Source: Gammaproteobacteria bacterium (GTDB taxonomy: Bacteria; Pseudomonadota; Gammaproteobacteria; Eutrophobiales; Eutrophobiaceae). From it: a stretch of DNA of 64,000 nt. This document shows positions 28,321 to 38,436 of this stretch, one piece after another. Each line of letters starts with the position of its first letter. The first letter of the stretch is position 1. The translations under genes were made by a program, and so were the position numbers. The notes under the pieces are model-generated. The model was not told the origin of the DNA. It searched no databases and was given only the letters and a program-made list of their open reading frames with translations. The stretch lies in assembly GCA_965222155.1 (NCBI GenBank), contig CBDCTH010000012.1, positions 480,001-544,000 on the forward strand, read 5' to 3'.

Positions 28321-29541
28321 ATGACTAATCTAATTGTTGGGCTCGATATCGGGACGTCCAAGGTTGTCTCGATAGTTGCAGAGGTATCCGAGGAAAACGA
28401 GGTCGAAATCATCGGTCTGGGGTCGTGCCGGTCGCGCGGGTTGAAGAAAGGTGTGGTAGTCAACATCGAGTCGACGGTGCAGACCATCCAGAGCGCCATA
28501 CAGGAAGCCGAGTTGATGGCGGGTTGTAATATCCACGCCGTATTCACGGGGATTGCGGGCAATCACATTCGCAGTCTGAATTCCCATGGAATAGTAGCGA
28601 TCCGCGACAATGAAGTGACGGCCGGCGATATCGAAAGGGTCATTGATGCCGCGCGGGCCGTCGCCATACCGGCAGATCAGAAGATACTGCATATTATCCC
28701 CCGGGATTTCATCATTGACGGCCAGGAAGGCATCAAGGAACCCATAGGCATGTTCGGTGTGCGGCTGGAAGCGAAGGTGCATATAGTGACCGGCGCGGTC
28801 AGCGCCGCCCAGAATATCATCAAGTGCGTGCGCCGCTGCGGCCTGGAAGCAGACGATATCGTCCTGGAGCAAGTGGCGTCGAGCTACTCGGTATTGACGG
28901 AAGATGAAAAAGACCTGGGAGTCTGTCTGGTGGATATCGGTGGAGGTACGACCGACCTGGCCGTCTTTACCAATGGCGCAATCAGCCACACCGCGGTGAT
29001 ACCCATAGCCGGCGACCAGGTTACCAACGACATAGCCGTCGCGTTACGCACACCTACACAAAATGCCGAAGAGATTAAGGTCGAACACGCCTGCGCGCTG
29101 GCGCAACTGGCTAATTCCGACGAGACCGTCGAAGTTCCCAGTGTCGGCAACCGGCCGGTACGCCGGATGTCCAGACAGACACTGGCGGAAGTCGTCGAAC
29201 CCCGCTACGAGGAGTTGTTTTCCCTGGTGCAGGCTGAATTGAGACGTAGCGGTTATGAGAGGTTGATCGTGGCCGGCATTGTGTTGACGGGCGGCAGTTC
29301 CAATATGCAGGGCGTTGTCGAACTGGCCGAAGAAGTCTTTCACGTACCTGTCAGAGTGGGGACACCGCAGTATGTCGGCGGCTTGGTTGAACTGGTCAGG
29401 AATCCGATTTATGCAACCGGCGTCGGGCTGTTGCTGTACGGCCTGCGCCAGCAACTGGATCGCACCCAAACGAAGCGTATTGATAGCCGGACGACCAGTA
29501 TCTGGAATCGAATGAAGAGTTGGTTTCAAGGTAACGTTTAA
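28321..29541 (+). CDS. ftsA: Cell division protein FtsA
   Basis: GLDIGTSK, DIGGGTTD, LTGG. Confidence 0.97.
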   Translation: MTNLIVGLDIGTSKVVSIVAEVSEENEVEIIGLGSCRSRGLKKGVVVNIESTVQTIQSAIQEAELMAGCNIHAVFTGIAGNHIRSLNSHGIVAIRDNEVTAGDIERVIDAARAVAIPADQKILHIIPRDFIIDGQEGIKEPIGMFGVRLEAKVHIVTGAVSAAQNIIKCVRRCGLEADDIVLEQVASSYSVLTEDEKDLGVCLVDIGGGTTDLAVFTNGAISHTAVIPIAGDQVTNDIAVALRTPTQNAEEIKVEHACALAQLANSDETVEVPSVGNRPVRRMSRQTLAEVVEPRYEELFSLVQAELRRSGYERLIVAGIVLTGGSSNMQGVVELAEEVFHVPVRVGTPQYVGGLVELVRNPIYATGVGLLLYGLRQQLDRTQTKRIDSRTTSIWNRMKSWFQGNV

Positions 29542-29573
29542 CGATAGTTCTTAAAATCCTGGAGGAAGATAAA

Positions 29574-30716
29574 ATGTATGAATTAGTCGATGCCGCAAGT
29601 CAAGCGGCGGTAATAAAAGTAATCGGGATTGGCGGCGGTGGCGGTAATGCCGTTAATCACATGTTGAAGGCCGAAATTGAAGGCGTTGATTTCATTTGTG
29701 CGAATACGGACTCCCAGGCACTGAAGGCCTCGAATGCGCGCAATATCATACAACTGGGAAACAGTATTACCAATGGTCTGGGCGCCGGGGCCGACCCGGA
29801 GATCGGGCGCCAGTCGGCACTGGAGGACAGGGACAGGATTATGGACGTGCTGGATGGCGCGGACATGGTATTCATTACTGCCGGGATGGGCGGCGGCACA
29901 GGTACCGGGGCTACGCCCATAGTCGCGCAGGTGGCAAAGGAAATGGGTATTCTGACCGTGGCGGTGGTTACCAAACCGTTCTCTTTTGAAGGCAGAAAAC
30001 GTTCCGATATCGCCAATAACGGAATCCGGGAACTCAGCCAGTACGTTGATTCACTGATCACTGTCCCCAACGACAAACTGGCGGATGTATTAGGTTCGGA
30101 CGTGCCCCTGATGAGTGCGTTTGAGGCAGCCGATGACGTGCTCCTTGGGGCGGTCCAGGGTATTGCCCAGGTAATTACCTGCCAGGGCTTGATCAACGTT
30201 GACTTTGCCGATGTCAAAACCGTGATGGGAGAAATGGGTATGGCGATGATGGGATCCGGGAAAGCCAGTGGCGAGGACCGCGCCAGGGCTGCGACGGAGG
30301 CCGCGATAAGCAGTCCGTTACTGGAACACATTGACCTGTCCGGCGCCAAAGGCATACTGGCCAATATCACTGCCGGTATGGATTTTTGCATAGGCGAATT
30401 TAACGAAGTGGGAAATATCATCAAGACTATTGCCGCTGATGAAGCGACGGTGGTCGTGGGAACCGTTCTCAATCCGGAACTCAGTGGTGAATTATGGGTT
30501 ACCATCGTTGCTACCGGGCTCAGCCATCCCGGGGATGAGATGTCACGACCTAAACTGGTCGCATCGAACAGCGCTGGTGTGGGTACCATGGACTATGGTA
30601 AACTTGAGCGCCCCACAGTAATTCGTAACAAAGTCGCCAATGCTGAAATTGCCCCTGTTAGTGATGATCCTGATTACCTTGAGATTCCTGCTTTTCTCAG
30701 GAGGCAGGCTGATTAA
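29574..30716 (+). CDS. ftsZ: Cell division protein FtsZ
   Basis: [21 protein letters not shown]-terminal [10 protein letters not shown]. Confidence 0.98.
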   Translation: MYELVDAASQAAVIKVIGIGGGGGNAVNHMLKAEIEGVDFICANTDSQALKASNARNIIQLGNSITNGLGAGADPEIGRQSALEDRDRIMDVLDGADMVFITAGMGGGTGTGATPIVAQVAKEMGILTVAVVTKPFSFEGRKRSDIANNGIRELSQYVDSLITVPNDKLADVLGSDVPLMSAFEAADDVLLGAVQGIAQVITCQGLINVDFADVKTVMGEMGMAMMGSGKASGEDRARAATEAAISSPLLEHIDLSGAKGILANITAGMDFCIGEFNEVGNIIKTIAADEATVVVGTVLNPELSGELWVTIVATGLSHPGDEMSRPKLVASNSAGVGTMDYGKLERPTVIRNKVANAEIAPVSDDPDYLEIPAFLRRQAD

Positions 30717-30718
30717 TC

Positions 30719-31636
30719 GTGATTAGACAGCGCACACTCAAAAATGCGATCCGGGCGCAGGGAGTCGGTCTGCATACGGGCAAAAAGACCAGCATCACCA
30801 TACGTCCGGCAACGGTGAACACAGGCATTATCTTCCGCCGCGTGGATCAGGATCCACCACTGAACATTCCTGCGGATATGACCAATGTGGGGAGCACCCA
30901 GCTATCTACTACGCTGATCAAGGACGGAGTCAGTATTTCCACGGTAGAACACCTGTTGTCGGCCCTCGCTGGATTCAGCATTGATAATGCCTATATCGAT
31001 GTGAGCGCGGAAGAGGTGCCGATCATGGATGGCAGCGCGGGTCCTTTTGTCTTTTTGATCCAGTCCGCAGGGGTGCAGGAACAGGATGAAGAAAAATGTT
31101 TTCTGCGGATAAAACAGGAGTTACGCGTTGAAGACGGTGATAAATGGGCAATGCTTCAACCTTATAACGGGTTCAAGGTCGGTTTTACTATCCAGTTCGA
31201 TCATCCGGTTTTCCAGGACAGGCACTGCCGTGCGGAAATTGATTTTTCCACCACGTCATTTGTCAAGGAAGTCTGCCGGGCCAGGACCTTCGGCTTTATG
31301 AAGGATTTTGATTTTTTGCGGGAAAGAAACCTTATCCTGGGTGGCAGTCTGGATAATGCGATCGTTGTTGACAGCGAGCAGGTCGTCAACGAAGAAGGCT
31401 TACGCTACCAGGATGAATGCGTCAGGCATAAGATTCTCGATGCGATAGGCGACTTGTATCTGCTCGGTCATAACTTGATCGGTTCATATCAGGGCTATAA
31501 ATCCGGGCATGAGCTTAATAACCAACTGCTGCGCAAATTGACACTCACCCGGGATGCCTGGGAAATCGTCAATTTCGGCGAGGAAATCGCAGAATCGGTT
31601 TCCTATATCCGGCCGCTTGCTGCCGTGGGATTATGA
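30719..31636 (+). CDS. lpxC: UDP-3-O-acyl-GlcNAc deacetylase
   Basis: [25 protein letters not shown]. Confidence 0.97.
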   Translation: MIRQRTLKNAIRAQGVGLHTGKKTSITIRPATVNTGIIFRRVDQDPPLNIPADMTNVGSTQLSTTLIKDGVSISTVEHLLSALAGFSIDNAYIDVSAEEVPIMDGSAGPFVFLIQSAGVQEQDEEKCFLRIKQELRVEDGDKWAMLQPYNGFKVGFTIQFDHPVFQDRHCRAEIDFSTTSFVKEVCRARTFGFMKDFDFLRERNLILGGSLDNAIVVDSEQVVNEEGLRYQDECVRHKILDAIGDLYLLGHNLIGSYQGYKSGHELNNQLLRKLTLTRDAWEIVNFGEEIAESVSYIRPLAAVGL

Positions 31637-31691
31637 CAGCGGTTCCTGTTGACAGGGTTTTGGGAGCTGTCTGTCCGTTCCGAGGGCCAGG

Positions 31692-32184
31692 ATATTTGCT
31701 GTGTAACTCATTAGGGAGATAGGCGATGCCAGCGCGCAAAACCCCCACCCCGTCCGAAAGAGGGCGGGTTGACCATGCTAACACGGTGTTGTGGCGAAAC
31801 TCTCTGTGCCATGATAGCTGCCCCGCGATTATGGCTTCATGTCGGATCAGGTTTGCGCCACGGCACCTGTGATAGCAGCATATTGCCACAGCTCTGCGTG
31901 TGAACCAACCAACGCCGGTATGTAACTAAAACTCTGGAGATGCAGTGTTATCCACAGCCTCCTCAGAGTGACTACTGTCCCGTCCTGGTGTAGTCTGCTT
32001 AGCACATCGTCCACGTTAGCGCGTAAGCCCAACCCGGCTACAGGCCCTATGGCGGGGCCGCCTGAAAGACCAGAATGGGTATCCCTGTGGCGTGTCCTTT
32101 CCAGTCGGTCAGACCTTGTTAAGACCGAATGTGTTCGTGCGGCCTGATGCTTAGAACGCCCAAAAATAGTTACACAGCAAATAT
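31692..32184. mobile_element. 493-bp element bounded by a perfect 17-bp inverted repeat; no transposase
   Basis: ATATTTGCTGTGTAACT (31692-31708) / AGTTACACAGCAAATAT (32168-32184). Confidence 0.6.
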
Positions 32185-32206
32185 GAGGCGTTAACAGGAA
32201 CTGCTG

Positions 32207-32650
32207 TCAAAGCAGTTTTTTTGCTATGCCGGATAGGGTGGATCGGAGGGCCGGGTCCGCAATTTTGTCAGCCACCTGACGTATACCGTCTGCAGTGTCG
32301 GGGGAGACTGTCAGCGGCCGGAGCGAGGTCTGGTGCGGCGGGTCAGGGAGCACTACCTTGATGCGGATTGTGCTGAGCTCCGGCATGTCGACCTGGAAGA
32401 TTGTGAGGATTTCAGGGGTCATATAGCGTAACCTGGTCGCCCAGCTGTCGCTATCGGTATGTAATACAAGGATTTTCTGCTGGTAATCAGCGACAACGAC
32501 GTGTTTATTCAGCGGGCTGTCGAGATTTTTACACAGTTTGATTTGTAGCTCCTTGATTTTTTCGGTATGATTGCATATCTGTGACAGTCGATCAGAGGAG
32601 GCAAGGAGGTCTGTTATCGTACTGATTTGTGATTTGGTGCGGGTATTCAT
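32207..32650 (-). CDS. dciA: DciA/DUF721 family helicase loader
   Basis: L.L...S..WATRLRY; conserved lpxC-dciA-M23-secA position. Confidence 0.8.
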   Translation of the reverse strand: MNTRTKSQISTITDLLASSDRLSQICNHTEKIKELQIKLCKNLDSPLNKHVVVADYQQKILVLHTDSDSWATRLRYMTPEILTIFQVDMPELSTIRIKVVLPDPPHQTSLRPLTVSPDTADGIRQVADKIADPALRSTLSGIAKKLL

Positions 32651-32679
32651 TATCTCGAATAGCAATCTGGTTATGGCAA

Positions 32680-33564
32680 ATGAAGATAATAGTCTTTCTG
32701 AATGAAAGAAAGAAGGCCTTGCGACTGACTGTCAGTCTCTGGACCTGCGCTTTTGTGCTGGTAGCGGTTGCCGGACTTGGCGTTGTCATTTCCAACCTTG
32801 GTGGTATTTATATGGATAAACGTCACCTTGAGGGTGAATTGCAGACCCTGGAGGACGTGAAGACGGATACGGAGACAACCTTGAATGTAATGGTGGGCCG
32901 ATTGAGTTTATTGCAGAGCCACGTTATGCGCCTGGATGCGCTGGGCGCCCGCCTCGCCAAGATGGCGCAACTGGATGACATGGAATTCGGTATTGCAAAT
33001 CCGCCTGGAATAGGCGGACCTCAGACTATGCTTGCCGACGGTTCACAGGGATTGTCGGATTTTGATTTCCTCATTTCCCTGTATCAACTGGAGCAGGCCC
33101 TGGAGGACCGTCAGGATAAGTTATCAGCCATGGAAGCCATGCTGATGGGAAGAAGTTTACAGGACCAGGCCCGTCCGTTAGGCAACCCTGCCGAAGGCGG
33201 CTGGTTTTCTTCATTATTCGGTTATCGGACTGACCCGATCTCCGGGAAAAAAGAGTATCACGTAGGGATTGATTTAGCCGGCAGATCCGGCATGCTGGTT
33301 ACCTCCGTCGCCTCGGGTATCGTAACCTGGTCGGCGCCGGACCAGGGATATGGCAACCTGGTAGAAATCAGTCATGGTAACGGCTACGTTACCAGGTACG
33401 CACATAACAAAGAGAACCTGGTCAGTGTCGGGGAAAAAGTCGAGAAAGGTGATGTGATTGCAATTATGGGCAGTAGCGGGCGCAGTACCGGCACACATGT
33501 TCATTTCGAGGTTGTCAGAAACGGCCGACACGTTAATCCCCGCAGCTATATTTCCTTGCAGTAA
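32680..33564 (+). CDS. M23 family metallopeptidase
   Basis: H.GID, YAHN, GRSTG.HVHFEV; N-terminal TM helix and coiled coil. Confidence 0.92.
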   Translation: MKIIVFLNERKKALRLTVSLWTCAFVLVAVAGLGVVISNLGGIYMDKRHLEGELQTLEDVKTDTETTLNVMVGRLSLLQSHVMRLDALGARLAKMAQLDDMEFGIANPPGIGGPQTMLADGSQGLSDFDFLISLYQLEQALEDRQDKLSAMEAMLMGRSLQDQARPLGNPAEGGWFSSLFGYRTDPISGKKEYHVGIDLAGRSGMLVTSVASGIVTWSAPDQGYGNLVEISHGNGYVTRYAHNKENLVSVGEKVEKGDVIAIMGSSGRSTGTHVHFEVVRNGRHVNPRSYISLQ

Positions 33565-33646
33565 TTCTTTATTTTTTCAATCCGTTCTGTTTTAATCAGC
33601 CCTCACTTCCCGGCTGTTGCCGTGGCGTATTAATGGGATATTTCAC

Positions 33647-36337
33647 GTGATCAGAACTGTTTTCACAAAAATTTTCGGCAGCAGGAATTTGCGTGTCCTG
33701 AAGAGGATGCAAAAGACCGTAAGTCGGATCAATGACCTCGAGGATAGCGTATCCCGGCTCGAGGATGCCGAATTTCCGCAAAAAACCGCACAGTTGAAAT
33801 CCAGGTGGGAACAGGGTGAAACCCTGGAAGAGCTCTTGCCGGAGGCATTTGCCCTGGTGCGCGAAGCGGGCAGGAGAACCCTGAATATGCGGCACTTTGA
33901 CGTACAACTGCTTGGCGGTATCGTATTGCACCAGGGCAACATCGCGGAAATGCGTACCGGTGAAGGTAAGACGCTGGTGGCGACTTTGCCTGCATATCTT
34001 AATGCCCTGACCGACGCCGGCGTGCATATCATTACCGTGAACGATTACTTGGCGCAGCGTGATGCGGAATGGATGGGGGCTATCTATTCTTTCCTGGGAA
34101 TGTCGACGGGAGTGATCATTTCCGGCCTCAATAATGAGGAACGGAAACGGGCCTATGCCACCGACATCACCTATGGAACCAATAATGAATTCGGTTTCGA
34201 TTACTTGCGGGACAATATGAAGTTCCACAGTGAGGATCAGGTTCAGCGCAGTTTAAAATACGCAATAGTTGACGAAGTGGATTCGATACTCATCGATGAG
34301 GCGCGTACTCCGCTTATCATTTCAGGTATGGTGGATGACAGGTCCGACCTGTACCTGAGCATGAACAAGATAGTGCCCCGATTAAAGTTGCAAAAAGAGG
34401 AAGATGATGGCGGCGATTATGTGATCGATGAAAAGAGCAAGCAGGCTTACCTGACGGAAACAGGCCATGAGCGGCTGGAAAAACTGTTGTTGGAAAACAA
34501 TATCATGCAGCGCGGCATGAGTTTATATGATCCGGTCAATATTCCCATACTGCATCACTTGAATTCCGCGCTGCGAGCCCATGCCTTGTTTCACAATAAC
34601 GTCGAATATATTGTCCAGAACGATGAAGTGGTCATCGTCGATGAATTCACCGGCAGGACCATGCCGGGCAGGCGCTGGTCGGATGGGTTGCACCAGGCCA
34701 TTGAGGCAAAGGAAAATGTGCCGATTCAGAATGAAAATCAGACCCTGGCAACCATAACCTACCAGAATTACTTCCGGCTTTATGAAAAGCTGGCCGGTAT
34801 GACGGGTACGGCTGATACCGAAGCATACGAATTTCAACAGATATACGGCCTTGAGGTAGCTGTCGTTCCGACTCATCTGCCGATGGTGAGAGATGACCAG
34901 CCGGACATGATATACCTGACCGTCGGGGAGAAATTTGCGGCAATAATCGACGATATAAGGTCGTGCCAGGCACGCGGACAGCCCGTTCTTGTGGGTACGG
35001 TTTCCATAGAAGTATCGGAATACCTGTCCAATCAACTGAAGAAGCAGAAAATTAAACACCAGGTTTTGAATGCCAAGCATCATGAAAGGGAAGCCGAAAT
35101 TATCGCCCAGGCCGGACGCCCCGGGGCGGTGACGATCGCAACGAACATGGCCGGCCGGGGTACCGATATTGTGCTTGGCGGAAACCTGGATGCGGAAATC
35201 AAAGCCCTGGACAATGCCGATGCGGCAGTACTGAATAAAGTTCGTAGCGCCTGGCAGGAGCGCCATGAGAAGGTGGTCGAAAATGGCGGATTGCGCATAA
35301 TCGGCACGGAACGACATGAATCCAGGCGCGTTGACAACCAGTTAAGAGGACGCTCGGGACGCCAGGGTGACCCGGGGTCAAGCCGGTTCTATATTTCTCT
35401 TGAAGATGATTTGATGCGTATCTTTGCATCGGAACGGGTTGCCTCCATCATGCAGAGACTGGGAATGGAAGAAGGCGAGGCTATCGAATCGAACCTGGTA
35501 ACCAAGGCGATTGAGAACGCACAGAGGAAAGTCGAGGCCCATAACTTCGATATTCGCAAACATCTGCTGGAATATGATGACGTTGCAAACGACCAGCGTA
35601 AGGTGATTTATGAATGGCGTCATGAACTGCTGGGTGAGAACGACATTTCCACTGATATTCAAACGATGCGGGAAGACGTGGTAAAAGGTATTTTTGCAAT
35701 TCATATCCCTCCCGGCAGCCCGGACGAAACATGGAATACCTCCGGTTTGACGGAGGCATTGGTGAATGAATTAAACGTACATTTGCCGATACGACAGTGG
35801 CTGGACGAGTATGCTTCCATGGATGAAGAGGCGTTGCTTGCCAGGGTTATTGATAATGCTACGAAAGATGTGGAAACAAGACATGCCGACCTGTCGGAGG
35901 AATTAGTCCGCAGGGTTGAAAAGGGTCTGATGCTGGATACCCTGGACCGGCACTGGAAAGAACACCTGGTTGCGATGGATCACTTGAGGCAAGGCATCGG
36001 GCTGCGCGGATACGCCGCAAAAAACCCCAAACAGGAATACAAGAAGGAAGCATTCGCCATGTTCAGCGACATGCTGGAAAATATCAAATCTGACGTTATT
36101 AGCGTGTTGGCAAAAATACACGTCAGGGAAGACCAGGATATTAAGGTATTACAGGACCGCCCCCAACCTGCGGAGATGCAGTTTAATCATCCGGACGCAC
36201 CCAGTGCCCTGGGTAAGCAGGGCGAAAGCCAGGGACAAAAACCCTATATCCGCAATGAAAGAAAGATCGGCCGGAATGAGCCCTGTCCCTGCGGCTCCGG
36301 GAAAAAATATAAACATTGTCATGGTAAGCTCAACTGA
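33647..36337 (+). CDS. secA: Preprotein translocase SecA
   Basis: [30 protein letters not shown] motif [13 protein letters not shown]. Confidence 0.98.
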   Translation: MIRTVFTKIFGSRNLRVLKRMQKTVSRINDLEDSVSRLEDAEFPQKTAQLKSRWEQGETLEELLPEAFALVREAGRRTLNMRHFDVQLLGGIVLHQGNIAEMRTGEGKTLVATLPAYLNALTDAGVHIITVNDYLAQRDAEWMGAIYSFLGMSTGVIISGLNNEERKRAYATDITYGTNNEFGFDYLRDNMKFHSEDQVQRSLKYAIVDEVDSILIDEARTPLIISGMVDDRSDLYLSMNKIVPRLKLQKEEDDGGDYVIDEKSKQAYLTETGHERLEKLLLENNIMQRGMSLYDPVNIPILHHLNSALRAHALFHNNVEYIVQNDEVVIVDEFTGRTMPGRRWSDGLHQAIEAKENVPIQNENQTLATITYQNYFRLYEKLAGMTGTADTEAYEFQQIYGLEVAVVPTHLPMVRDDQPDMIYLTVGEKFAAIIDDIRSCQARGQPVLVGTVSIEVSEYLSNQLKKQKIKHQVLNAKHHEREAEIIAQAGRPGAVTIATNMAGRGTDIVLGGNLDAEIKALDNADAAVLNKVRSAWQERHEKVVENGGLRIIGTERHESRRVDNQLRGRSGRQGDPGSSRFYISLEDDLMRIFASERVASIMQRLGMEEGEAIESNLVTKAIENAQRKVEAHNFDIRKHLLEYDDVANDQRKVIYEWRHELLGENDISTDIQTMREDVVKGIFAIHIPPGSPDETWNTSGLTEALVNELNVHLPIRQWLDEYASMDEEALLARVIDNATKDVETRHADLSEELVRRVEKGLMLDTLDRHWKEHLVAMDHLRQGIGLRGYAAKNPKQEYKKEAFAMFSDMLENIKSDVISVLAKIHVREDQDIKVLQDRPQPAEMQFNHPDAPSALGKQGESQGQKPYIRNERKIGRNEPCPCGSGKKYKHCHGKLN

Positions 36338-36396
36338 TCCGGTGGTGACACTGTGGGGACAGGTTCGGGTGGGCTTTTCAAAACTCTTACAGAAAA

Positions 36397-36515
36397 GGGG
36401 GACAGATTTATTTTTGCTCAGGACGCCCATTCCGGCGCAGGCCGGAATCCAGTCAATTTTATGAATCATTTTAAGGAAAACCGGTTTAACTGGATACCGG
36501 GTCAAGCCCGGAATG
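36397..36515. repeat. Repeat cluster: GGGGACAGATTTATT half-site plus CATTCCGG..GGAATCCAG paired element
   Basis: Matches the families at 52283, 57865 and 6601. Confidence 0.7.
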
Positions 36516-36541
36516 GCGGATTGCTGTTTTCTTGATGAATT

Positions 36542-37759
36542 ATGGCTATCGGATTGACACCTCCCGCTACGCTCCTGCCGGTTGACGGCGTTCTGGCTGC
36601 CGCCTGTTCGGCAGGTATTTATGGTAAGCCCCGGGATGACCTGGCGCTTTTTGCTGTCTGTGAAGGCGCCACGGTCAGCGCCGTGTTTACCCGTAACCGT
36701 TTTTACGCAGCGCCGGTTGCCGTTGCCGCAACACACCTGCAGCATGGTTCTGTCAAATTCCTGCTGGTTAATGCCGGCAATGCCAATGCCGGCACGGGCG
36801 CCAGGGGTATCGACGATACCATGCGGGTCTGTCAGGCCCTGGCGGAGCAGGGCAGTTGCCCGGTTGAAGCGGTATTACCGTTTTCCACCGGGGTAATTGG
36901 AGAATACCTGCCGGTCGGGAATATATGCAATGCGTTGCCGGGGTTGTACGACGCTTTGGCCGATGACGCCTGGCTCAATTGCGCCCGGGCGATAATGACG
37001 ACGGATACGCTGCCAAAAGGCTGCTCCGCCCGGTTTTCCGCTGATGCGGGAGTGGTTACCGTGACCGGTATAGCAAAGGGCTCAGGCATGATAAAACCGG
37101 ATATGGCAACCATGCTCGCGTTTATCGCCACGGATGCCGGCGTGGAACAAAGCTTATTGGACCGCATATTGGCGTCGGCGCTAGAACAATCATTCAACCG
37201 GATCTGTGTTGACGGTGATACCTCCACCAATGATGCCTGTGTGCTGGTTGCTACCGGCAAGAGCCCTTGCCGTATTATCGATGAAAACAGTCCGGCATAC
37301 GGCTTGCTGGAAGAACAAATCACGCAGGCATGTATCCGCCTGGCCCAGGCAATTGTCAGGGATGGCGAAGGCGCGACAAAATTCGTAACGATCCAGGTTG
37401 ATAACGCCCGAAGTGAAGCAGAGTGTGCTGCTGTAGCGGATGCCATATCAACATCTCCACTGGTCAAAACCGCGTTATATGCTGCTGACCCCAACTGGGG
37501 CAGGATATTGGCCGCTATCGGACGCAGCAAGGCCGGCAATCCGGACATCGACAGGGTTTCGGTATATCTGAACGAGGTATGTGTAGTCGAAAATGGCGCC
37601 AGGGCAAAAGACTACACCGAGGAACAAGGGGTCGCCGCCATGCAGTCCGATGAAATTCTGCTGCGCATCAACTTGAACAGGGGTGAGCTGAGCGGCCGCT
37701 ACTGGACCTGTGACCTGTCCCATGACTACGTCACGATCAACGCGGAGTACCGAACCTGA
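36542..37759 (+). CDS. argJ: Bifunctional ornithine acetyltransferase
   Basis: KGSGMI.PDMATML, DGDTSTND, DGEGATK, NAEYRT. Confidence 0.97.
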   Translation: MAIGLTPPATLLPVDGVLAAACSAGIYGKPRDDLALFAVCEGATVSAVFTRNRFYAAPVAVAATHLQHGSVKFLLVNAGNANAGTGARGIDDTMRVCQALAEQGSCPVEAVLPFSTGVIGEYLPVGNICNALPGLYDALADDAWLNCARAIMTTDTLPKGCSARFSADAGVVTVTGIAKGSGMIKPDMATMLAFIATDAGVEQSLLDRILASALEQSFNRICVDGDTSTNDACVLVATGKSPCRIIDENSPAYGLLEEQITQACIRLAQAIVRDGEGATKFVTIQVDNARSEAECAAVADAISTSPLVKTALYAADPNWGRILAAIGRSKAGNPDIDRVSVYLNEVCVVENGARAKDYTEEQGVAAMQSDEILLRINLNRGELSGRYWTCDLSHDYVTINAEYRT

Positions 37760-37802
37760 GGCTTTTGCCACAGGGGACGCGGAGAGCACAGAGTATTATC
37801 AA

Positions 37803-37946
37803 TCCGGATTTCTCAGGTCTAATGTTGCCATCGGATAGATGTCCGCTGTTACTGAGTTATGGTCATCTGCTCACCATGTCACCATTACAGACTTCACTTG
37901 ATGCGCCCTCGCTGGTCTTTTCGCCGCCAACGGGCACATGCTCCCT
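37803..37946. mobile_element. Palindromic MITE, copy 4, truncated at the island boundary
   Basis: TCCGGATTTCTCA end, 67-nt region, CTTGATGCGCCCTCGC...GGGCACATGCTCCCT, then similarity ends abruptly. Confidence 0.75.
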
Positions 37947-38187
37947 ATTTAAATTTGACTTGGACGCCGCGCTCGGCTAAAGTTACGCTTAATGAAGACA
38001 AACCATCTCGACCAAGCAATAGGAACCATCCACATGAACTTGACCCTGGCAAACCCGAAGGGGTTATCTGCAGCAAGCTGCGTGGGTCGGTTTGGCGCGG
38101 TCAGACGGGCTCCGTCGGTCTACCATCTCTTGGCGTTGGCCCCGGCCTTCACCTCCAGTGCGCTGCCGCCTGAAGCCAGTCAGTCTA

Positions 38188-38206
38188 CCCCCCCCCCCCC
38201 CCCCCC
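38188..38206 (+). repeat. Poly-C tract (C19) inside short ORF 37992-38234
   Basis: 19 consecutive C, about 230 bp upstream of the protease ATG. Confidence 0.9.
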
Positions 38207-38436
38207 GGAAAATACAGCTTTTTCAGTGAGTTAGAACACTTTTCCGGCCCCACTGCGCGGGCCGGCAACAGCGTATTTCAGCATACAAGCAGGGCAGCCC
38301 CTCACTGCTTGATGCAGGACTCCATCAGTACGGCGACGTACTGCGGCCTCCCCATGACTTCCCGCCGTCAACCCGGCACACAGCGGGTGTCTTTGCCTTG
38401 CCTAACGCGTCACTTGATAACCATGAAGAAAGCAAC

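Noticed and set aside
31948-31956. DnaA box TTATCCACA near dciA as an origin
   Set aside because: Single box with no cluster or unwinding element, and not in an oriC gene context.
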